Part shown: positions 10,459-22,099 of the stretch, piece by piece
How the letters are laid out: every line of letters starts with the position of its first letter
Numbering within the stretch: position 1 is the stretch's first letter
From: Macrostomum hystrix
Taxonomy: Eukaryota; Animalia; Platyhelminthes
Direction of reading: 5' to 3'
DNA: 64,000 nt
NCBI GenBank assembly: GCA_950097015.1
Contig: CATNEN010000037.1
Location: 2,480,001 to 2,544,000, forward strand
The notes under the pieces: model-generated
Seen by the model: the letters and a program-made list of their open reading frames with translations, nothing else
What the model was told of the DNA's origin: nothing
Databases searched by the model: none
Program-made: the position numbers and the translations under genes

Positions 10459-12683
10459 TCAGAAACTTTCTGAGCACTCTTCTTCGCAATCCTCGTCATC
10501 TTCCTCGTCGATCTCATCTTCGTCCATCCCACCTTCGTCATCGTCGACACCAGCCGACATTGGCGACAATTCCAGGACAACAACAGCTAGTCGGCCAGCA
10601 TCGCTTTCGACATTGCCGCGGCATCTGTTGTTATTGCGAGCCAGCCGCAGCAGCTCCTGGGCGGGGTTGCACCTCTCAGGATTGCCATCCTTGAGGCACG
10701 CGCCAACGCAAGCGACCGCATCGCCGGCTTCCACGGCGCGCCACAACGCCGGAGAACCGAGCAGCACCAGACGCTCCGTTGGCGCCAGCGTTACCGATTG
10801 AACTTCCGGCTCGCTGGTCAGACTAGCCTGCAGGACTGGCGCAGCTGTGGGCTGCGACTTCCAGTCGAGGCTAGCCAGCTGATCGGCCGTCCATTTCAGA
10901 TCTACGCGACCGAAAGCGCGCGTCGCCTCCTGTTTAGATGGAAATAGCCAATCATCTCTGAGCCAATCATCTATGAGCCAATAATCTCTGAGCCAATCAT
11001 CTATGAGCCAATCATCTATGAGCCAATCATCTATGAGCCAATCATCTCTGAGCCAATCAAACTTAAGCAAATGTCTTCTAGTCTAGACTACTATTAATCC
11101 TGATTGAGTTTTCACCTGCTTTCCAAGAAAGCAGTTTCCAGCGAACAGCCCGGCTCGCTCTGTTGGCTCACGAAAGCGTCGCGCCAACCGTTGAACTTCT
11201 CGCCCGTTCTCGATGGTGTGCGGCGCCACCGGCTGTCGCCACGCCCAGCCTTCGCTGTAGAAACCGTCATCGCCGACGCCACCACTGGGAGACCCAACAA
11301 TGAAGCCGCTGTCGCCAACTTGAGCGACGCGCAGGCAGCGTCGGCCTCCACAGGCTGGTGTCTCTATGGCAACCGCGGTGCCAACGGCTCCTGAACTAGC
11401 CAGGCGACGGGCCCAATCGCTGCGGAGCGGCACGTAGCAGGGGTCATTGGTGTTCGGCAGGGTCAGGCAGCACAGATCCGCATCAAGCTGGTGCAGCGCT
11501 CGGCCGAAGCGAGCCTCCACCGAGCTGGCCGAAGCCAGGAGTAGCCGCTTGTCCGCCAGCAGCCGGTCGATGGCATCCTCGTGGCAGTCTAGCAGGTCTG
11601 CTGGCAGGCGATCGACTAGGAGACCCGCTCCGGCTAGGTGAGTGGCTAGCGGCTGAGGCGCCTCCACGCTGGCTTTGCTTCTGCCGCAGCTGCTGATGCT
11701 GGCCTCGCTCTGAGATCGGATCGGCCAAAACCAGTCAGCTGATGCACCTGAAAATTAATTAAGTTAATAATTATTAGTTTACTAAAGCTCCAAAAAATCT
11801 ATTTGAATTCAAATAAGCGAGATTTGTGTAGAAAAGTATACCCCTTTGCTGAGGGGTGAGTGGCAGAGCGGTTAAGTTTCGCACCAAGGTCCCTGAGCTC
11901 GATTCCGCGGCGAGGCCACATTCATTTGGGTCGCAGCCGCGGAGAGAAGGCTTGGGGGCTTGTCGTGCAATTTACGCCCTTGAGAGCCAGCCTCCAATGC
12001 ACAGTGAGAGTGTAAACTGCCTCATATGAGAAAGTCAGGGCAGATGTACACACCTGTGTGAGCGTGTGCCTGCGTACGGGATCTGTGTGCGTGTGTGCTC
12101 AGGGGTCAGCGAAATGGGCAGAATTGCCTCCTCGCTGGCTGCGGGTCTAGTGTCACCAGATTATGCGCCATTGCCCGCAGCCCTCCAGCAATTATTATTA
12201 TTATTATAATACCCCTTTGCTGCGAGCCGCTGCAGCAGCTGTAGCGGCGGTCGCGGCACGTTCGACGCAGGTGTGCCACGGCGGCATAGTCAGCGGACAG
12301 TGCGGCCACCGCCCTGGCGCACTCTGGCCCGCCAATCGCGTCGAACAGGCCGGCGTAGAGCACGGAGTCGTTGGACTCGGCTGCCGGGACGGGCCACAGC
12401 CTGGCCGCAGTCCAGCAGGGCGACCGGCCGTCACTGAAGCCAGCGGAGTAGATCTTCACCTCGTCGCTGAAGAACGCAGTCGGATTATTCAGCTTTTCGT
12501 CTAGTTCTTCCTTCCAGAGTTCTGCCGCGGCTGCAGCCTCGGCAACCGTAGTCATGGCAGCGGTGGAGTCGCTGAGGGACGCCGTTCTCGGCTGAGGCAG
12601 GCGGCCGTTGGTTGAATTCTGCTTGTGCTCAACGCTCTTCTCAATCTCACTGGTTGAGAAAGATCGAATCCTGCTGCTAGAAC
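10459..12683 (-). CDS. PP2C/PPM family, pyruvate dehydrogenase phosphatase-like protein with degenerate catalytic motifs; 5' end uncertain
   Basis: Exons 12683 (or ATG 12555)-12213, 11747-11116, 10929-10459(TGA); 481 aa from the ATG. Collinear PDP-type motifs YAGLFDAIGGPECARAV, ALHQLDADL, SSGAVG, VAQVGDS, PHTIENGREVQRL, TRAFGRVDLKW, LTSEPEV, LLGSPALW; acidic C-terminal tail. Confidence 0.75.
10945..11058. repeat. 15-bp minisatellite (AGCCAATCATCTATG)n
   Basis: About 7 copies inside intron 10930-11115. Confidence 0.9.
11852..12208 (+). mobile_element. tRNA-headed SINE family 1, copy B, with (ATT)n tail and 14-bp TSD
   Basis: Head TGGCAGAGCGG...GAGCTCGATTCC, shared body, (ATT)n tail 12190-12208, flanked by the perfect direct repeat ATACCCCTTTGCTG (11838-11851, 12209-12222). 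Confidence 0.9.
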
Positions 12684-15272
12684 CTACATGGTTTTGGTGA
12701 TTAGGAATCGGTAACGAGTTTAGCGAAAGCTACCTTGCTGGGTTTCGATGGGGAGTAGAAAAATTTGAGAACGGCTATTTAAATGTTTTAATTTCCTGCC
12801 TAAAATCTCTATTGATGAAGTTATACGCTCGTATGTATCGAAAGTTTCTCCTTCAAATTTGTTAACTACAATATGTTCCATTCAAGCTAAAAAAAGCCAA
12901 CTTAAAAGTACATTGTTATTACTAACCGTAATATTGGCAGGCAAAATAGGGGCACATAGCCAGCATGATAGTGTTGTTCTTCTTCAAGTCAATATACCAT
13001 AGTCAGCGCCTCCGCCAATCTGAGGTTGTATTGTTGATTCTGACTAGGAGCGTAATGCTTTAAATAAGCGAATTATTCCTAACTTACATCTGGAAAAACT
13101 GGATTAGTCCAGTCAGCTTCAGATTTGGATCCTTGTCAGAGTCTAGCTGTATCGTTTCTTATTCATTCTAAATAGCAGGCTTATTTTGAATCACATGCGA
13201 TGAGATGGCTTGTTTGCAAGACAAGGTACTATCATGTGAGCTGGATTTGCTCTGTTTTCTCTATAACTCGTGTACGTCAATTGTTCATATTCATTATCAT
13301 ATACTCTGGCCGATATTAATTCATCTGGCGCCTCCATTGAACAACTAAGCAAGCTTCTGTCAGGCTCAATTCTCTTTGTTCATCAAGAAAGAGTTCTGAC
13401 CATTGCTCCTTTGCACGTCTAAAAACAGAAACGAGTTCAGCATTAGACAATAAAATGTTCCTAAAATGAACATGGAACGATTTATAAAAGCGTATGACGC
13501 TAATATATATTTAATCTCATTAAATCTCGTCCGATAGTCTCACGAATTCATTAAACTGAATCTCCTGAAAAAGAATACTGATTCTCCGACTTTTGGGGCT
13601 TGCATTTTGCTTGTTTATGTTGTACGTCGTTGCACTTACATACGGCAACAGCTAGAAATAGCATGAAATATCAAGCTTTTTGTTTCAGGAGCGAGCTGCA
13701 GCAGGATTAAATTATGTATCTAAACAAAACTTCACGGAATCGCAAATCTAAAATAGGTAAAAGATATCTGTGTTTATCGTTCAACTCTACGATTAATTTT
13801 TTAAGACCGAAACTAATTGTTTTTTAAAAGAACCGCATGCTCAATCCAAGAAAGAAAGACAGTTTCTACCACAGAATACACAGTGTATTCTGTGGTTTCT
13901 ACCTTCCCGATAGTGGGAAATAAAAGTCGAGGACGTAGTAAGAATATAACAAAAAAAGAATATAAGTATACCATGAGTTACTCGAGGCGTCCTTGAAAAG
14001 TACACTTTATGTACTTTTTTAACAAAATAAAAATATAGACATGGCCGCTACAAAGAAAGAGCTTTGGCCACGAAGCCTTTTAACATTCAATAGCTATTTA
14101 CCAATTGCGTGCTGTGAACGATAATAATCAATGCGTAAAATTATTGCACAGTATAACAAAGTTTCAATGTAAATTTCTGTTAAACTTGACATATATCAAA
14201 CGACAAAAGGAAATGATGAATTTTAACAAATTAAAAAAATCCGAATGCTTCATCTTACATTTCTGTTTTGTTTGTTTTTTTAAGCAGGTATTTACTTTGA
14301 TAAAACTGTTCAATTTTTTCGCGCAGATCAATTCATTTCATTAGCTGTCACGGACGAGCAAATTATTTTTGCTAATTACAGAGCTAAACAATTGATACTA
14401 AAACAATATTTCTACTGCCCTCATTTTAACACTTACATTTGCTTAAAGGTAAAACATTTAATAAATTCTTTTAGAACAAAATTTCCAACCACTTCTTTTC
14501 ATACCACTTCTTAAGCTTTCTAGATTAAGTCAGTACTCGTAGCATAGCATAGTATAAAGTTAGTTTTTTAGGGTTTTACCTTTTTATGGTTTGTTGTAGT
14601 ATAGTATATAGTATAGATAAAATACAATATGTACATTTTTATTAATCTAGAATGAGACACAGGAATAATAAAATAGCAAACTTTTACAGATAAAACTACT
14701 TTGGACAGTAATTAAGAAGGTTATTTACTTCAATGCAATTTGGAAGGTAGTCAATAACAAAAATTCAGAAAATTCAGAAGAAGGTTTGCCTTCTGCAATA
14801 ATTTCATGTAGGCATACAAATATATATTTCTATATTTACTCATTTCCTTTTTTGTGGCCATATTTAGAGTTTTTCTTTTCACTATTCTCTATTTAGTAAT
14901 TCATTTATTTTTTAAGCTATTTTGTTAATGCAATAGACTCAGGGCAGGGTAACAAAACAATTGTTTAAATAGATACTCTGACCTGATAGTTATAGGCGTA
15001 TACTTGAAAAGTTATACTTACAATGTTGATTGTGATAATATACAGACACTACAGACACAAAAAATAATTTTTGTTTAAACAGTATAAATTAAAATATGCA
15101 AAAAATATTTACATACTTTTGTATCTAAAGCGAATAAAAATGTTTCCTGCTCATGTGAGCAGCTATTTTTATAGCTTATCCTATGTTTGAGGCCGAATGC
15201 TACAAATAAAGGTCACTTACTGCAGCAGAAAACGGAAGCCGCCAGAAAGACTCAGCAGCAGCAGCAGCAGCC

Positions 15273-18200
15273 ATGGTCATCACTGGCTCAGAGCTCAGAG
15301 CAGGCGGCCTGACCTTCCTGTCCAACTTTGACTCCGGCAATTTAGCCCGAGTATCCAAGCTGTCCTCCAGGGACGACAATGAAGACCAACAGGCGTCGGG
15401 TTCGGCGACATCCGCAGGTGCGACAGCCGCGCCCCCGGTCTCCCAGTCGGATGCCAGTCGACCAGATTACGAGTACCAGGTGTGGACTCGCAAAGATGCC
15501 GAGGGTAGCGAGTTTGAGAACGAGAATCGCACCTGGTTTCACTTCGGCGTTCGCGGCTACCAGCCCAACCGGCTAATTAAGCTGACTGTGATGAACCTGA
15601 ACCGACAGCAGCGCCTGTTCCAGCAGGGTCATCAGCCGGTGTTTCGCGTCGGCTTTCCTGACGGCAGCTTGTCGAAGTGGCAGCGGGTCCGAGACCGCTG
15701 CTCCTGTGAGACAGTGGAGGGCCAATTCTATCTTACCTTCACGCATAGGTTTGGTGCCAATGCCAAGGGCTGCACAACCTATTTCGCATTCTGCTATCCG
15801 TGGTCCTACGCGGAGTCGCAGGAGCAGCTGTCCGCTCTGGACTATCGGTGAGCAGTCTAGTACAAATAGTTTCAAGTCCGATTTCAATACAGTTATGCGT
15901 TTCAATTTTACCCCTTTCTTATCGTTTTTAACTTGCAGTTTCCGGCATTGCGCAACAATGCGGCCGGGTAAAACAGAACCAGAGGAGATCTATTATCATC
16001 GGGAGCTGCTTTGCCACAGTCTGGACCGGCTAAGGGTGGATCTGCTCACTATCACTGACTGCCACGGCATGTCCGACAGGGTGAGGTCACAGGACTTCAG
16101 GTTTGGGCGGAAAACATTACCGACCTTCCACACTCACTGATGACTGAAGCCGCCATCTCTCGGTATCTTCTATTTTCCAGTCAGCCAGACTGCCATCTCC
16201 CCCGTCATCCAGATCGCCACCTCCCCCGTCATCCAGATCGCCACCTCCCTCAGTCAGCCAGACTGCCACCTTCACGGACCGCCACCTCCCCAGTCAGCCA
16301 GACCTCCACCTCCCGCAGTCATTCAGTCAGCCAGACCGCCACCTTCCCAGACCGCCACCTCCCCCAGTCATCCAGACCCAGACCACCACCTCCACGGACC
16401 ACCACCTCCCCAGACCGCCATCTCCCCCAGTCAGCTAGACCGCCACCTGCCCCTTCAGGAGGAAGACCGCTTTGATGAGCGCCTTTTTCTGGAGCGCAGC
16501 AACCCGCGTCCGCGCGCCTTCCCCGCCAAGCGAGTCTTCCTAGTCAGCAGCCGCGTACATCCCGGCGAGACTCCGGCCAGCTTTGTGTTCAACGGCTTCC
16601 TAGACTTCATCCTTCGCGAGGACGACGCCAGAGCTCGCCAGTTGAGACGTCTATTCGTGTTCAAGCTCATTCCCATGCTGAACCCGGACGGCGTCACCCG
16701 GGGCCACTACCGCACGGACAGTCGCGGCGTGAATCTGAATCGCTTCTACCTGGACCCAGACCCGCAGCTGTACCCCACCATCTATGCAGTTAAGAGTGTG
16801 CTGGTCTATCATCATAGGGCCAATCGAAAACAATCTTCGGCTGCTGCTGCTGCTGCCGTGACGAATGCTGCCGCGAGACCGGTTCCTGGCGCCACGGCCG
16901 CCTCCCGTGCGCCGATATCTTCATCACCGCCGCCGCCGCTAGACATTGTGTGCGACGAGGATCCGGTGGATACGGAGCGAAGTATTCGAGTGAGTTCCGC
17001 AAAATCTGACGATTCTTTGATATGTGAAACCCGTCTAGGAATGACAAGCTGAGGCAGCCCAGTGACCAGATGAGGCAGGTGGGGCAGCCCTTTAACCAAA
17101 TAGGGTAGCTTAATGATCTGAGGAAAGAGCCCAATGATCAGATGGGGGTAACCAAATGACCAGATGGAGCAGCCAAATGACCAGATGGGGCAGCCAAATG
17201 ACCAGATGGGGCTGACCCAGTGGCTGACTAGACAAATCCGATGACAGACATAGGCAACCCAATGGTTTGTGAGAGCCAACCCTTTACAACTGCATGTAAA
17301 AACTTCCTATATATTCCTAAATATTTCCGATGAAAATTCAGTCGAGAAATCGCGTCATGTCGTTGGTATTCGACGAAACCAAAGGCGAGAATGTTCTACT
17401 GCGCGAAGGCTCGCCCCAGAGTACAATCATTGCAGCATCAGAAGCAGCAGCATCAACAGCTCTGAAAGAATCCCTTTTAGCTTCGCCGATTAGAAAATCC
17501 CCTCTTCGGGTAAAGCAGCAGCAGCAGGTGGATTTTCGGCCTGGCAACGAAGGCTCAGACTCCGATGGCGATGACCCAGTGAGTTTAAAGTCTGGAGTGG
17601 CGTCAAATTGCACAAATTTTGTAACAATTGTGAACACTAAAAGAGCCGAGAATTCTTCCCATTACGCTTTCGTTTTTAGTTATTGGGGTAAAATAATACT
17701 GGCACATCATTTGGTGACACTACACCCGCAGCTAGCGAGGAGGCAATTCTGCCCATTTCGCTGACTCCAGAGCATACGCACACGCACACAGATACCGTAC
17801 GCAGGCACACGCTCACACAGGTGTGTACATCCGCCCTGACTTTCTCATCGTCAGGCAGTGTACACTTTCACTGTGCCTTGGAGGTTGGCCCTCAAGGGCG
17901 TAAATTGCACGACAAGCCCCCAAGCCTTCTCCCCGCGGCTGCGCCCCAAATGAATGTGGCCTCACCACGGAGTCGAGCTCAGGGACCTTGGTGCGAGTGG
18001 CAAACACGTTTACCGCTCTGCCACTAATCCCTAATTATTGGGGTAAATGGTAAGGCTTAGAATTTTCTTCTTAAATACCTAAATATTCTAAAAAGGATTG
18101 ATAGAGCTTAAAAATGTATAAAACATTTGCTTCCAAGAAGTTTAGGGCAATTAACAAATTAGAAATTCTTACCTCAGCAAGAATAGTAACTTGAAAAATC

Positions 18201-20513
18201 AACTCCTTAGCAACAGTGGTTCCTTCAGAAACAATGATCCCCATAACAACAATGATCCATTTAGCAACAATGATCCCTTTAGCAGCAATGGTCCTTTTAG
18301 CAACAATGGTCCTTTTAGTAACAATGATCCATTTAGCAACAATGATCACCTTAACAACAATGATCATCTTAGCAACAATAATCTCCTTAGCAACAATGGT
18401 TATCTTACCAAAAATGATCATCCTAGCAACAGTAATCCGCTCAGCATTCAATCCCCCTAGCAGCAATGATTACATCCCTAACAGTGATTCGCTAAGTAAG
18501 AGTGAAAGATCCTCTTTCTTATCATTCTCGCCCACAGGTGCCAGGCGGCCCGGGCACTTTCGATCCCGGCAACCCCATCTGTCCCCACCTGTGCGACCCC
18601 AGCCTGCTCGATGTGCCGCCAGCAGACAGCGGCATAGCCTACTACATCGACCTGCACGGGCACTGCTCAAAGCGCGGCTGCTTTGTCTATGGCAACAATG
18701 TCGAGCCGGACTCGGCGATGCTGGAGAATCTGCTTTATCCCCGCCTCATAGCCGCTAATTCTGCCCACTTTGACTACTCCGCCTGCAACTTCACCGTGCG
18801 CAACATGTACATGAAGGACAAGAGGGACGGCCTGTCCAAGGCTGGCGCTGGCCGCGTGGCCGTCTGGAAGCATCTGGGACTGGTGCACAGCTACACTCTC
18901 GAGTGCAACTACAACTGCGGCAGATGTGTCAATCATCTGCCACTGCATCAGGTGACAGTGGGCGGTGGAAACACTCTGAAACAGAAGTTGGTTATGGTGA
19001 CAGATGAAGGACTGTGTTGTTGGCTGCTGAAGGACTGGGGTGACAGATGAAGGACTGGTGTGACATATGAAGGACTGGTGTGACAGATGAGAGACTGGGA
19101 TGTTGGCTGCTGAAGGACTGACTTGTTGACAGCTGAAGGACTGGGGTGACAGCTGAAGGACTGGGGCAACAGATGAAAAACTAGGGTGACCGATAAAGGA
19201 CTGGAGTGACAGATGAAGGACTGGTGTGACAGATGAAGGACTGGCTATTTGACAGCTGAAAGACTGGCTATTTGACAGCTGAAAGACTGGCTATTTGACA
19301 GCTGAAAGACTGGCTATTTGACAGCTGAAAGACTGGCTATTTGACAGCTGAAAGACTGGCTATTTGACAGCTGAAAGACTGGCTATTTGACAGCTGAAAG
19401 ACTGGCTATTTGACAGCTGAAAGACTGGCTATTTGACAGCTGAAAGACTGGCTATTTGACAGCTGAAAGACTGGCTATTTGACAGCTGAAAGACTGGCTA
19501 TTTGACAGCTGAAAGACTGGCTATTTGACAGCTGAAAGACTGGCTATTTGACAGCTGAAAGACTGGCTATTTGACAGCTGAAAGACTGGCTATTTGACAG
19601 CTGAAAGACTGGCTATTTGACAGCTGAAAGACTGGCTATTTGACAGCTGAAAGACTGGCTATTTGACAGCTGAAAGACTGGCTATTTGACAGCTGAAAGA
19701 CTGGCTATTTGACAGCTGAAAGACTGGCTATTTGACAGCTTAAGGACTGGGGTGACAGATGAAGGATTGGGGTGACAGATGAAGGACTGGGGTGACAGAT
19801 GAAGGACCGGTGTGACATGAGGGACTGGTGTAACAGATGAAGGACTGGTGACAGATGACAGCTGAAAGACTGGTTTGTTGGCTGCTGAAGGACTGATGTC
19901 TGCAGGTAACCCAGGCAGCAACCTTAGATGTAAGTATTAGTAAGGTAGCGACCAAGTGATTTTATCGAAGCCAATCCAACCCAATCCCGCAATGCTATCC
20001 CAGGATCCTCGCATAACGCCGCCGCCGCCGCCGGGTCCGCCGCCGAAGTACACGCCGGCCCACTTTCAGGAGGTCGGTCGGGCCATGGCGGTGGCAGCGC
20101 TGGACCATGCGCAGGCCAACCCGGTCAGCCGGCTGAGCAACGCCAACTTGGCAGCCATCCGGGACTGGACTCGGCGCTACCTTGCCTCGCTTCGGGGAGG
20201 GCCGCGCGCGGTCAAGACCTTCCTCGCTACGTCGGCAGGCAGCGGGCCCAGCCTTCGACAGCAGCAACAGACGCGCAGTCGCTCGCAGCAGCAGACTGTG
20301 CCATCGTCTTCAGCATCGTCGGCGACGTCGTCAGCAGTCGGGGGCGGCGCAGTACGTCGAGCGCCGTTACGTCGACCGGCGCCATCGCAGCCGCTGAGGC
20401 GGTCAACAAATAACAAAGCGCAGCAACAGCAGCAGCAGCAGCAGCAGCTGCCTGCTCAGCAACAGCCACCTCCGCCGACTACGCCAACTTCTCATCAGCA
20501 GCAGCAGCCGCAG

Positions 20514-20545
<32 letters not shown>

Positions 20546-20924
20546 GAACCTGCCCGGTAGCCTCGATCAGCAGCCGGTGTTGTCGCTGTTCTCGCCCCGT
20601 CAGCAGGCCCTGCTAGCCGCGGCGCCTCCGTTGCGCAATCGGCCGGCGGCTGGTATGGCCGCATCATCTGCCAGCGTCTTGGTGGTGACAGCTGACCTGG
20701 AAGAGTCTAAGGTGGCGCAGCTGCGGCACTGCCTGCAAGCCGAGTCCGTGCCGGTTCGCCGCAGCGCCTCCATCGGCTGCCTGAAGCCTGGCGGCGGGCG
20801 CGGGAGCGGCGGTGCAGCTTCGTCCACATCGTCTCTGTCCGGTCCCATCGCCACTGGCAGCCGATTTCAGCTGAGGCGGAAGGCCAGCGTGCCGATTGCC
20901 AAGCTGCCTAACCGATCAGATTGA
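15273..20924 (+). CDS. AGBL5: Cytosolic carboxypeptidase 5 (M14D tubulin deglutamylase)
   Basis: Exons 15273-15847, 15939-16080, 16459-16989, 17342-17578, 18538-18951, 20004-20924 (939 aa). [87 protein letters not shown] and [12 protein letters not shown] are characteristic of CCP5; Zn ligands and catalytic Glu present. Confidence 0.93.
16178..16455. repeat. Degenerate C-rich repeat (CCAGACCGCCACCTCCCC-type)
   Basis: Fills AGBL5 intron 16081-16458 up to the acceptor. Confidence 0.8.
17050..17230. repeat. Degenerate GACCAGATGGGGCAGCCAAAT-type repeat
   Basis: Imperfect units of about 21 bp in AGBL5 intron 16990-17341. Confidence 0.65.
17693..18034 (-). mobile_element. tRNA-headed SINE family 1, copy C, with 13-bp TSD
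   Basis: Reverse complement of copies A/B, flanked by the perfect direct repeat TTATTGGGGTAAA (17680-17692, 18035-18047); lies in an AGBL5 intron. Confidence 0.9.
18230..18470. repeat. Degenerate 18-bp (AGCAACAATGATCCTTTT-type) repeat
   Basis: About 12 imperfect units in AGBL5 intron 17579-18537. Confidence 0.8.
18990..19875. repeat. GTGACAGATGAAGGACTGG-family array with a homogeneous 23-bp core (GACTGGCTATTTGACAGCTGAAA)n
   Basis: Core 19240-19740 has about 21 identical copies; the flanks are diverged relatives. Confidence 0.95.
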
Positions 20925-22099
20925 CTCAATGGCAAACTTATTTTTCTTTGAAATAGTCTTGAAGCTTTATATGATATTTAAGGCCACTGAATCAGGCCAT
21001 TTTCTGTAGCAAGCTAGAATCCCAGCTGTTCTTAAGCAATTCTACAGTCTTAGTTCATCCAGCTAGCTGTAGAACTTGGAATGAACATCTGTACAGAGCA
21101 TTTATAAGTGCCACTGGATGTGCAGACAAACTCGGGTTAGGTGCCAATTTTATGTCTATCTGAACGGACTTTAGTGTGTAGGCCGTAAAATTGATAAGAG
21201 TGGGATTGCGCGATAAAGGGTTAGAGAATACGTCTAGTGGGTAAGAGGCGGGCCAATCAGAGGCGGTCGGAGGGGAGGTGAGAGATCTAGGGCAGAGTAG
21301 CCAGACAGAGTCAGACTGAACTTAAGCGAAGTGTGAAATAGATAAGATCGAGAAGGAGCATAAATAGCATAAACAGACAAACTAGAAATTAACAATAATT
21401 AAAATTGCACGATGAGCAACTTGATGCAGAAGAAAAATCTAGAGTCCAGAATCCAATTATCTTAATCGAACTAACACTATGTGGGTAATCCAATGACAGC
21501 TTCCTTTGTTTTGTTAACCGTGTCTTGCTGTTTGTTTCACAAGCAAATGTTATACTATCACCACATAATGAAAATAAAAATGTACTGTTGTGTTGTATTT
21601 TCTCTTTAGTCCCGAATTGTACAGTCAAGCCTTTTGCATGTTTAGGTGTTGCTTGTTTGGTAAATTAAAAATTAAAGCAGTGCTTGACCATATTTTAAAC
21701 GAATTTTGACACGTACTCACGGAGTCTTCTATTCATATCCCCAATCCTAATCATCCGTCCATCGTTGTCACCGTTTTTAACTAGTTATTCTCGTTTTCTT
21801 CCTTTTTCTTGCTTTGATAAAAATAACACAAAGTTATGAGTATAAACACTATTGCTTTCTATACGTTAATATAATAAGGTTAATTAATTTTTATGTGCTC
21901 ATTTTAGAAGCAAATGAAAATGGGTTTTACTACTGAAGTACATATTTTCGAATTCTGATTCTCACTAAATTCAGAAGTAGTAAAGAGCACAGTTTCGCTT
22001 TATATATTTTCGAAGCACTTTTAATAACAGTTACTTGTTTGCTTCTCTTTAGATTCCTTGTTTTTTTCCTTAACACTTGGTTACACGTATGAGTAACAG

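Noticed and set aside
18191-18460. Asn-rich ORF (NNDPFS repeats) as an extra AGBL5 exon or prion-like protein
   Set aside because: Degenerate 18-bp repeat open in several frames; TTG start, ends in a stop with no donor; flanking exons already join in phase.
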